The notes below the pieces were generated by a model. That model saw nothing but the letters and a program-made list of their open reading frames with translations, searched no databases and was not told where the DNA came from. A stretch of 64,000 bases of DNA, from the NCBI GenBank assembly GCA_963666285.1, contig OY762711.1. One strand, given 5' to 3'. This stretch comes from Sedimentisphaerales bacterium. GTDB taxonomy: Bacteria; Planctomycetota; Phycisphaerae; Sedimentisphaerales; SM23-30. This document shows, in pieces, positions 19,608 to 27,673 of the stretch. How positions within the stretch are numbered: the first letter of the stretch is position 1; each line of letters starts with the position of its first letter. A program made the position numbers and the translations under genes.

Positions 19608-19844
19608 GTGAAGAATATAATTCAATTATCTCTCTCTATTACGGTTGTGGTTGTTTGTCTAATTATGTTACTGGTTGGCAGTGATTTCTGGCATGAAACC
19701 GTGAGAAGGGACGTTTGGAATACCCTTGGAGCTCCTTTTAATGATTTATGGAGAGTTCTGTTTTGTTTTTATAGTTTGTTCATTTTGTTGATTACCAGTC
19801 TGGGGCTTGATATAATAACACTTTTTAAGAGTAAAAACGCCTAA
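19608..19844 (+). CDS. Small membrane protein (2 TM)
   Basis: AAGG SD, GTG start, two TM helices flanking a Trp/His/Asp loop. Confidence 0.55.
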   Translation: MKNIIQLSLSITVVVVCLIMLLVGSDFWHETVRRDVWNTLGAPFNDLWRVLFCFYSLFILLITSLGLDIITLFKSKNA

Positions 19845-19863
19845 ATTGATGAGGATTTATTTT

Positions 19864-20058
19864 ATGGGCTTTATTTGGGACTTGATACAGCAGGGGCAGA
19901 TATCCAACCAGAATAATCGTACTGGGTCACTGGAACAAAGAGTTCAGCGTTTGGAAAATGAGTTATACGAAACAAGAGTATTGCTGAACAAACTTATGGT
20001 TAAGCTTGAAGAGCGGTTTGGCGAAGATATAGATGGTAATTGCAGAATAGGATATTGA
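19864..20058 (+). CDS. Small coiled-coil hypothetical protein
   Basis: GAGGA SD before ATG 19864; MGFIWDLIQQ...LEQRVQRLE coiled coil; DIDGN tail. Confidence 0.65.
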   Translation: MGFIWDLIQQGQISNQNNRTGSLEQRVQRLENELYETRVLLNKLMVKLEERFGEDIDGNCRIGY

Positions 20059-20059
20059 T

Positions 20060-20362
20060 ATGGCGTTGCAGAATTGTCCGGAATGTAGCGGTCATGTGTC
20101 AACAAAAGCTGCCAAATGTCCGCATTGCGGGTATCCGGTTAATCCTGCTAAGAGTGATGTGGGCGTATTTAGAGTAGGTGTATTAAAAAGAGCGTATCTG
20201 GTTCTAACAGTTTTAATGTTTGTGGGCCTGATAGGCTTTGCTTTCACAAACAATTATGAATGGTTAGCTCCGACGCTTATTTGTTTTTTAGGGGCAATGA
20301 TATCAGCTTATAAAGTTTACTTAGTAAAGAAACATGGAAACGATATTAATAATAGAAGATGA
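20060..20362 (+). CDS. Zinc-ribbon membrane protein
   Basis: CPEC...CPHCG followed by 2 TM helices. Confidence 0.75.
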   Translation: MALQNCPECSGHVSTKAAKCPHCGYPVNPAKSDVGVFRVGVLKRAYLVLTVLMFVGLIGFAFTNNYEWLAPTLICFLGAMISAYKVYLVKKHGNDINNRR

Positions 20363-21017
20363 TGCTGCGATACTGCGCGGGCTGGCAGATAATTGCCAGT
20401 ATGCCGGTTATAATGTGGAAACGGCAATTGATGGTGAGGATGGGCTTGAAAAAGCTTTGGATATTATGCCTGATCTTATTTTGCTGGATATTATGCTGCC
20501 GAAGATAAATGGCTACGAGATATGCCGGTTGATCCGCAAAGAAAAACTTGATATGCCTATTTTAATGCTAACAGCGAAAGGTGAAGAGTCGGATATTATT
20601 TTGGGCTTGAACCTCGGGGCAGATGATTATGTAACAAAGCCGTTTAGCATAAAAGAATTACTGGCCAGGGTAGAGGCATTTTTACGACGTAGACGAAGTG
20701 ATGAGCCTTCAGAAGTGATATTTGGACAGTATTGTTATGATTTTCAAGCCAGAAAGCTACGGCGGGCAGGCCACGAAATAGAACTTTCACCAAAAGAGCA
20801 TAAACTTCTCGAATATTTTCTAGAGAAACGAGGTCGTGCCTTAACTCGCGACCAGATATTAAATGCAGTTTGGGGTTATAATACTATTGCAGGTCACCGC
20901 AGTGTTGACAGATTTGTTACAACATTGAGAAGCAAAATAGAGGATGGCTCAAAGCAGGTTTCATATATTCATACTATTCGAGAGGTTGGGTATATGTTTG
21001 ACTCAGATAGAAAATAA
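20334..21017 (+). CDS. OmpR/PhoB-family response regulator
   Basis: IEDD, LDIMLP, LTAK, GADDYVTKPF receiver motifs; C-terminal winged helix. Confidence 0.95.
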   Translation: METILIIEDDAAILRGLADNCQYAGYNVETAIDGEDGLEKALDIMPDLILLDIMLPKINGYEICRLIRKEKLDMPILMLTAKGEESDIILGLNLGADDYVTKPFSIKELLARVEAFLRRRRSDEPSEVIFGQYCYDFQARKLRRAGHEIELSPKEHKLLEYFLEKRGRALTRDQILNAVWGYNTIAGHRSVDRFVTTLRSKIEDGSKQVSYIHTIREVGYMFDSDRK

Positions 21018-21018
21018 A

Positions 21019-21179
21019 GGTCACCTCTGGAAATTGCTTTTGGTGCGAGAACTAAATATTTTGCTTGCTGACAAGGAAGATAAAACCGCTCATATTTGAT
21101 GATATTTGTGGTTTTGTCTGACGCAGTTCAGCGAGCAAAAGAGAAGTTCGCTGCACAAAATGAATTTTTAGAGGTGGCC
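21019..21179 (-). mobile_element. 161-bp MITE, copy 1 (inverted relative to copies 2 and 3)
   Basis: Imperfect TIRs ggtcacctctggaaatt...aatttttagaggtggcc; TAAA duplicated at 21015-21018 and 21180-21183. Confidence 0.85.
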
Positions 21180-21236
21180 TAAATATTTTATTCGTGCTAA
21201 AAACCTTTTTTTTCATATGTGCCGAAAGGCAAATAT

Positions 21237-21273
21237 AAAGCACTCTGAACTTATTCAGAGTGCTTTGCTTTTT
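21237..21273 (+). terminator. Rho-independent terminator
   Basis: 13-bp stem aaagcactctgaa/ttcagagtgcttt followed by T-rich tail. Confidence 0.7.
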
Positions 21274-21463
21274 AGGAGTTACATTTTTGGGTGATAATGT
21301 ATGTCGAAGTACAAATATTTCATTTTAGCTTCATCTTATTATCTTCTGCATTATATGAAGAACTATGTACAATTTGTTAAATTTTTTAGTATTTATTGAT
21401 CTTTTACTTAATTTATCGGAGAAAATGATAATTATTTTAGATTTCTTGAAATATATGCATTAT

Positions 21464-21480
21464 TAGGCACATGTTTTGCT
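21464..21480 (+). promoter_or_regulatory. Sigma54 -24/-12 promoter of the HAD hydrolase
   Basis: TAGGCACATGTTTTGCT: GG-N10-GC. Confidence 0.65.
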
Positions 21481-21809
21481 TTTGGAATAATAATGAAATT
21501 TACGACAATATTAACTTTTTATCTAACGAGGTTTAGATAAAGGAAAAGATAGAGATATTAAATAGAGAAAAGGTTTAGAAAATCCCGCCTAAAAACATTA
21601 AATGATTACAGGCTTAGTATCGTGAATATTAAGGAAGTCTGGGAGAGATATATAAGGTCTGTTGAAAATAATTTGATGTCCTGATATTAACAAAGATTGT
21701 AATTAAAGATTTAATCTAAGTAGATGTGTATTTGGGATAATATCATGCAATTAACAATCAATAAAAAAACGCTATAGGATTAGCAAATTTAAGATAGAGA
21801 GAGAACAAA

Positions 21810-22706
21810 ATGAAATACGGATATTTAATAGATATGGATGGAGTTATTTATCGTGGTTCGGAATTGATTGAAGGAGCAAAGCGATTTATAAATGAATTGG
21901 TTGAAAAAGAAGTTCCATTTCTTTTTTTGACGAATAACTCTCAGCGTACTCGACGTGATATGTTGACAAAATTGAACCGTTTGGGAATAATGGTTGAAGA
22001 ATCGCATATTTTTACATGCGCGATGGCAACGGCCCGTTTTCTGGCAGCCCAGAAACCTAATGGCACGGCTTATGTTATTGGTGAAGGAGGATTGTTAAAT
22101 GCGCTGCATCAAAATGGATATTCTATTGTTGATTATCAACCGGATTATGTAGTTGTTGGTGAGGGCAGGACATTTAATTGTGAAATGATTGACAAGGCTG
22201 TTAAGCTTTTGCTTGAAGGTGCCAAGTTAATATCTACTAATCCTGATGTAAATTGTCCGACTCCGGATGGTTTAAGGGTTGGTTGTGGTGCTATTGTTTC
22301 AATGCTTGAGAAAGCGACCGGTCGTAAAGCTTTTAGTATTGGTAAACCTAATCCAGTAATGATGCGTGCAGCTCGAAAAGAACTTGGGCTGGATACATCT
22401 CATACCACAATGATTGGTGATACGATGACAACAGATATATTGGGTGGGGTGCAAATGGGCTATCGGACTGTTTTGGTACAAACAGGAAGTACTTCGCTTT
22501 CTGATTTGACTGTCTTTGAATATTGTCCAGATATAGTTGTAAAGTCGATAAATTCGCTTAGTGTGAAAAATGATGGCAGTTTGATTGTAAAAGAACCTTA
22601 TAATGAAGGTGTAGATGATTCGCGATTCCAGACTCAACCAGATGTGGTTACAAAAGAATTTTCGGGAGCAAAGCATTATTCTATAATGGCAAGCTCTAGA
22701 ATATGA
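21810..22706 (+). CDS. nagD: HAD-IIA family hydrolase (NagD-like)
   Basis: DMDGVIY, LTNNS, IGKPNP, MIGDTMTTDILGG. Confidence 0.85.
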   Translation: MKYGYLIDMDGVIYRGSELIEGAKRFINELVEKEVPFLFLTNNSQRTRRDMLTKLNRLGIMVEESHIFTCAMATARFLAAQKPNGTAYVIGEGGLLNALHQNGYSIVDYQPDYVVVGEGRTFNCEMIDKAVKLLLEGAKLISTNPDVNCPTPDGLRVGCGAIVSMLEKATGRKAFSIGKPNPVMMRAARKELGLDTSHTTMIGDTMTTDILGGVQMGYRTVLVQTGSTSLSDLTVFEYCPDIVVKSINSLSVKNDGSLIVKEPYNEGVDDSRFQTQPDVVTKEFSGAKHYSIMASSRI

Positions 22707-22753
22707 AATACGCAGATTTTGTATTCCTGCAACTGATATCAGTATAAACAATC

Positions 22754-22790
22754 TGGGACTCATCTGTCATATGTAGATAGATGAGTCCCA
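22754..22790. terminator. Hairpin between convergent nagD and glnK (likely bidirectional terminator)
   Basis: tgggactcatct...agatgagtccca stem. Confidence 0.65.
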
Positions 22791-22819
22791 TTATTTATAT
22801 TGTTTTAATAGTTTCTGAT

Positions 22820-23164
22820 TTATATAGCATCGCCGCCTTCTTGGCCGGTGCGGATGCGAATGCATTTTTCCAGTGAAGTTACAAAGATTTTACCATCACC
22901 AATGCGGCCTTCTGGGCCGTGTTTTGCAGCAGATAGAATTGCGTTAACTGTTGTGTCAACGAATTCATCGTTGCAAGCGATGTCGATACGCACTTTGTTT
23001 ATAAGGTCAGGAGCAACAATTTGACCACGATATAGGTCTGTCTGACCTGCCTGTCCGCGGCCACTGCATCGGCTGACAGTAATTCTGGTAATCTCAGCTT
23101 TGATAAGAGCCTCACGAACCTCGTCAAGTTTGTCAGGCTGAATAATAGCAGTTACAAGTTTCAT
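22820..23164 (-). CDS. glnK: PII nitrogen regulatory protein
   Basis: MKLVTAIIQP, T-loop YRG, IGDGKIFV, IRIRTG; downstream of amtB. Confidence 0.93.
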   Translation of the reverse strand: MKLVTAIIQPDKLDEVREALIKAEITRITVSRCSGRGQAGQTDLYRGQIVAPDLINKVRIDIACNDEFVDTTVNAILSAAKHGPEGRIGDGKIFVTSLEKCIRIRTGQEGGDAI

Positions 23165-23197
23165 ATTATATATTCCTTATTTATCAGGTTTTGCTTT

Positions 23198-24541
23198 TTA
23201 GTTAAGGTTCAGTATTCCGTAGCCGTGTTCGCCATGCAAGGAGTGATCCATGCCGGCCATTTCATCTTGTTCGTTAAGTCTGAAGCCTATTGTTTTTTGG
23301 ATAATGACACAAATTATTAGTGTTAGGACAGCAGAAAGAACGATCGTTGCTCCCATACCTTTTAGTTGTACGAAGAACTGGTCCATTGCAGTCCAGGAGC
23401 CGTCTGCAGCCTTTTCTGCAGCAGCTTTCATCCAGCTGGGACGAATAAAGAATGCAAGCAGAAGCACTCCAAGACCGCTGCCTACGCCATGTATTCCAAA
23501 GCAGTCAAGACTGTCATCGTATCCGAATTTGTTTTTTGCTACCAATGCATAATAGCAGGCAATAGAAGAGCATGCACCAAGTATCAAAGCACCTGAAGGC
23601 TGTACAACTCCGGCAGCCGGTGTGATGACCACTAGTCCGGCGAGAATACCAGAAACAAAGCCGAGCGAAGTTGTTTTTTTGAACATGATAGCTTCGATGA
23701 GCAGCCAGGTCAAAGCACCGCTGGCAGCTGAAACCTGAGTCATTGTGAGTGCTCGCGCGGTTTCAAGGTCACTTGCCAGGGTAGAGCCTGAATTAAAACC
23801 GAACCATCCTACCCACAGTAGTCCGGCACCCATCATAGTCATTACAAGGTTGTTAGGGTGCATAGCAGTTTTAGGATAGCCGCGGCGAGCACCAAGAAAT
23901 AGTGCAACTACCAAAGCACTTGTACCTGCTGAAACGTGAATTACAAGACCGCCGGCAAGGTCAATAACACCATTTGCACCTGAAGTGCATAGCCAGCCGT
24001 CTGAAGCCCAAACCCAATGGCATAACGGGCAATATATTAAAGTGAACCAAAGTGCGATGAATACGCAATAACCTCTGAAATACACCCTTTCAGCAAGGGC
24101 ACCGGCGATTAGGGCGGGAGTGATAATTGCGAATTTGCCCTGGAACATGGCTACGACGTATTCTGGGATGCCATTGCTGGTAACAGCATCATCAAGTCCT
24201 TTTAGCAGGAACATTTCCCAATCCCATCCGAAAATACCGCCGCAAACACTTTCACCAAAAGTAGCAGCATATCCATATACTGTCCAAAGTACACCGATAA
24301 TCGCAATAGCAACAAAGCTGTGCATCATTGTTCCAAGAACATTTTTTGTCCTTACCAGACCGCCGTAAAACATTGCCAGACCGGGCACCATTAGTAATAC
24401 CAGTGCCGTTGATGTGAGCATCCATGCTGTTGTACCGGTATCGATTGTGCCATTACTGTGATCGTTTGCAGATGCAATGTTTGTTGCTATAAATAAAAGC
24501 GCAAACATGCCCAGGACTGTCAATTTTGACAGTTTTGCCAT
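23198..24541 (-). CDS. amtB: Ammonium transporter
   Basis: PGLAMFYGG, FQGKFAIITPA, twin His (VIHVSAG, FGIHG), GWFGFN. Confidence 0.95.
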   Translation of the reverse strand: MAKLSKLTVLGMFALLFIATNIASANDHSNGTIDTGTTAWMLTSTALVLLMVPGLAMFYGGLVRTKNVLGTMMHSFVAIAIIGVLWTVYGYAATFGESVCGGIFGWDWEMFLLKGLDDAVTSNGIPEYVVAMFQGKFAIITPALIAGALAERVYFRGYCVFIALWFTLIYCPLCHWVWASDGWLCTSGANGVIDLAGGLVIHVSAGTSALVVALFLGARRGYPKTAMHPNNLVMTMMGAGLLWVGWFGFNSGSTLASDLETARALTMTQVSAASGALTWLLIEAIMFKKTTSLGFVSGILAGLVVITPAAGVVQPSGALILGACSSIACYYALVAKNKFGYDDSLDCFGIHGVGSGLGVLLLAFFIRPSWMKAAAEKAADGSWTAMDQFFVQLKGMGATIVLSAVLTLIICVIIQKTIGFRLNEQDEMAGMDHSLHGEHGYGILNLN

Positions 24542-24638
24542 AATAAACTCCTCATAAACAAATACACATTATTACCAACAATGAAAATGCAGTTATTGTA
24601 CTTTAACTACATATTCAATCCTAAACAGGTAGTGATTG

Positions 24639-24656
24639 TAACAATTTCTGTGCCGA
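24639..24656 (-). promoter_or_regulatory. Sigma54-like promoter of amtB-glnK copy 1 (-12 TTGT variant)
   Basis: Minus strand TCGGCACAGAAATTGTTA: GG-N10-GT. Confidence 0.55.
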
Positions 24657-25035
24657 AAATTTCATTTATGAGTTCAAAAAGTGAAGAAATTGTAACACGA
24701 TTTGAAATTGGAATGGGAGATTAAAGGTATAGTTTGGTGGCCAGCCTGAAAATATAAATTTCTTATTTTAAGATATTTAATTGTAATATCTAAACTTATG
24801 AAATTGAGCAAAAAGAGAAGCGTTGTGTTAAGAAATAAAGCTAATGAAAAAAATGTAAACAATAGCTGAGGTGTGAAATTTTTGTAACATTGTAGCTACA
24901 AAAAAGTAAAACCAAAGATGTGAATTACAAAAAAGTCGCAAAATCGGAAAGCTGTAAGCAATTTAAATATTTGTTGTTGGGTGCAATAATTATTATAAAG
25001 TGATTGCAGCTAAAGAATGTATATTTGATATTTTA

Positions 25036-25196
25036 GGCAACCTCTGAAAATTCATTTCGAGCGACTAGTTTTTCTTTTGCTTGCTGACATTCGTCACATA
25101 AAACAGTGAATATAGCTCAATATGCACGATTTTATGTTCCTTGTCTGCAACCAAAATCTTAAACTATCGCATCAAAAGCAATTTCCAGAGGTCACC
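25036..25196 (+). mobile_element. 161-bp MITE, copy 2
   Basis: ggcaacctctgaaaatt...aatttccagaggtcacc; TTTA duplicated at 25032-25035 and 25197-25200. Confidence 0.85.
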
Positions 25197-25211
25197 TTTA
25201 GTTATATAGAA

Positions 25212-25235
25212 GCAATCAGGCTATATCCTGATTGC
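25212..25235 (-). terminator. Hairpin downstream of glnK copy 2
   Basis: gcaatcagg/cctgattgc 9-bp stem; weak U tract. Confidence 0.5.
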
Positions 25236-25264
25236 AAAAGTGTTATCTTGTGGTATTCGTTAAG

Positions 25265-25609
25265 CTAAATTGCGTCGCCGCCTTCTTCGCCGGTACGTAT
25301 ACGAATGCATTTATCAAGTGACGTAACGAAAATTTTACCATCACCAATCTTGCCTTCGGGGCCATGTTTTGCCGCAGTAAGGATTGCATTTACAGTAGTG
25401 TCAACAAATTCATCATTGCAGGCTATATCGATTCGTATTTTGTTGATCAGGTCTGGAGCAACTACCTGGCCGCGATAGAGATCTGTTTGTCCTGCCTGAC
25501 CTCGGCCACTGCAACGGCTGACAGTAATCCTGGTAATCTCAGCTTTGATTAAGGACTCGCGTACCTGGTCCAGTTTGTCGGGCTGTATAATAGCTGTTAC
25601 AAGTTTCAT
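25265..25609 (-). CDS. glnK: PII nitrogen regulatory protein (paralog)
   Basis: Nearly identical protein to 22820..23164. Confidence 0.93.
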   Translation of the reverse strand: MKLVTAIIQPDKLDQVRESLIKAEITRITVSRCSGRGQAGQTDLYRGQVVAPDLINKIRIDIACNDEFVDTTVNAILTAAKHGPEGKIGDGKIFVTSLDKCIRIRTGEEGGDAI

Positions 25610-25679
25610 CTTTATACCTTTCTATATTTACCGGCTTTTAAGCCGACTCATTATATTGATTAATTGTAAAATTGAATGT

Positions 25680-26969
25680 CTAATTCATGTTAAGCATGCC
25701 GTAGCCTTGTTCACCATGAAGGCTGTGGTCCATGCCGGCCATTTCCTTGGAGGCTTCCATTTTCAAACCGAAAGTCTTATCGACAATAACGGTAAGAATA
25801 ATTGTGACTATTGCAGCGTATACACAGCTAACTATAACACCTTCCAGCTGGTAATAGAATTGTTTGCTTACACCATGCTCTGGTACAACTCGCAGGAAGA
25901 AGGTCAAAAGCAGGGCACCGACTATACCGGCTACGCCATGAATGCCAAAAACGTCAAGTGAATCATCGTAGCCAAGTTTAGCTTTCATTATCAAGGCAAA
26001 GTAACATACAATTGCTGCAACAGCGCCAAGTACTATTGAGCCAGGGACCATTACATCGCCTGCGGCAGGAGTAATAGCTACAAGGCCGGCAAGCATGCCA
26101 GATACAAACCCAAGAGATGTGGCTTTACCGAGATGTAAAGCTTCAATAAGCATCCATACAACAGCACCTGTAGCTGCAGCCACCTGAGTTACTGCCAGGG
26201 CTTGACCTGTTAATAAACCACTTGATTCTGAGCTGCCGGCATTGAAACCAAACCAGCCAACCCATAGAAGGCCGGCGCCCATTAAAGTCATTACCAGGTT
26301 GTTGGGGTGCATTGCTGTTTGAGGGTAGCCGCGACGTGAGCCTAGGTAAAGAGCCATAACCAAACCTGATATTCCGGCAGAAATATGAATGACTGTACCA
26401 CCGGCAAAGTCCTTTGCATATCCTGTGAGGAAACCTCCACCCCAAACCCAGTGAGCCAGTGGGTTGTATATTAGAAGTGACCATAAGGCGATGAAAATAC
26501 AATAGCCTCGGAATTTAACACGCTCGGCAAAAGCACCGGCGATAAGTGCAGGAGTAATAATAGCAAATTTACCCTGGAACATTGCAAAAACGATTTCAGG
26601 TATGCCAGAAGGTCGGATGTCACCATCACAGCCTTTGAGCATAAATTTGCTCCAGTCCCATCCACACCAACCATGACTTTCACCGAATGTCATTGCGTAA
26701 CCACATATGGCCCAAATTACACCGATTATTGCCATGGCAGAGAAACTGTGCATCATTGTACCGATTACATTTTTGGTGCGAACCAGCCCGCCGTAAAACA
26801 TTGCCAGACCAGGTGTCATAAGCAGAACAAGTGATGTTGATGTTAGCATCCATGCTGTTGTACCTGAATCAACAGTGGCTGTTGCCGCTTCTTCTTGTGC
26901 TAATAACATATCCGGGCATGTGAGCAAAGATAGTATTGCCACAAATAACAATAAAGACATTTTTTTCAT
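25680..26969 (-). CDS. amtB: Ammonium transporter (paralog)
   Basis: DFAGGTVIH, FGIHG, GWFGFNAGS; AGGAG SD before ATG 26969. Confidence 0.95.
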   Translation of the reverse strand: MKKMSLLLFVAILSLLTCPDMLLAQEEAATATVDSGTTAWMLTSTSLVLLMTPGLAMFYGGLVRTKNVIGTMMHSFSAMAIIGVIWAICGYAMTFGESHGWCGWDWSKFMLKGCDGDIRPSGIPEIVFAMFQGKFAIITPALIAGAFAERVKFRGYCIFIALWSLLIYNPLAHWVWGGGFLTGYAKDFAGGTVIHISAGISGLVMALYLGSRRGYPQTAMHPNNLVMTLMGAGLLWVGWFGFNAGSSESSGLLTGQALAVTQVAAATGAVVWMLIEALHLGKATSLGFVSGMLAGLVAITPAAGDVMVPGSIVLGAVAAIVCYFALIMKAKLGYDDSLDVFGIHGVAGIVGALLLTFFLRVVPEHGVSKQFYYQLEGVIVSCVYAAIVTIILTVIVDKTFGLKMEASKEMAGMDHSLHGEQGYGMLNMN

Positions 26970-27117
26970 AACCAACTCCTAAAAGCAAAAACAAACCTAA
27001 ACAAAAAACAAATGGGAAACCGCAGCCATAAATATAGAAATAATAAGCAATTTGGCTGAGTTTTAATATCCTCGCCTCATCAGAGGGAGCCCTAAACTTT
27101 ATATTGAACCAATAGAA

Positions 27118-27135
27118 TTACAAATAATGTGCCAG
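27118..27135 (-). promoter_or_regulatory. Sigma54-like promoter of amtB-glnK copy 2 (-12 TTGT variant)
   Basis: Minus strand CTGGCACATTATTTGTAA: GG-N10-GT. Confidence 0.55.
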
Positions 27136-27673
27136 AAATGTAGCTTTTTTTGGTGAAAAGAATGAAATATGAAATTGAGATGGTGAAAAGCTTGTTATGT
27201 GTATGGTGTAAGATATTGCAATAAAGAATATTACAATAATACGCATACTAAAAATTTTAAAAATAGAAAACCTGAAAGTTGGAAAAAAATTTCATTACAA
27301 AAATTACACTAGTGAAATAATTGTCACACAATTAAGACAAATATGTATTTCTAATTCTTGTATTTACATATATGTATCATTTTTGCCGTAAAATAACTTA
27401 TAAGCTGTCTAAATTTTGTATTTTCTTAATTATGGCAATTATTTCTGAGAAATGTACTCTAATTGGTTCAATTCTGACTGTTGTGGATAATAATTGTTGT
27501 ATTAATCTTTTGATATATTATCGCTTTCGTTTGTAAAAGGATTGTTAATCACGAGCCAGTGAGGGGAAAGACTGAATTTAATCTATTTAGAAATGCACAT
27601 CTTGTTTTTTTCTGTCATGATTCATATAGTTTTAGCAAGACAGCTAAATAATTATCTTTGAAAGGAGTGTTAT

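Noticed and set aside
16951..20362. Small-ORF array as integron cassettes
   Set aside because: No repeated attC-like RYYYAAC...GTTRRRY palindromes, spacers are too short, and no integrase is present.
27075..27085. CTGATGAG hammerhead-like core in the amtB leader (minus strand)
   Set aside because: No matching GAAA core or three-stem junction.
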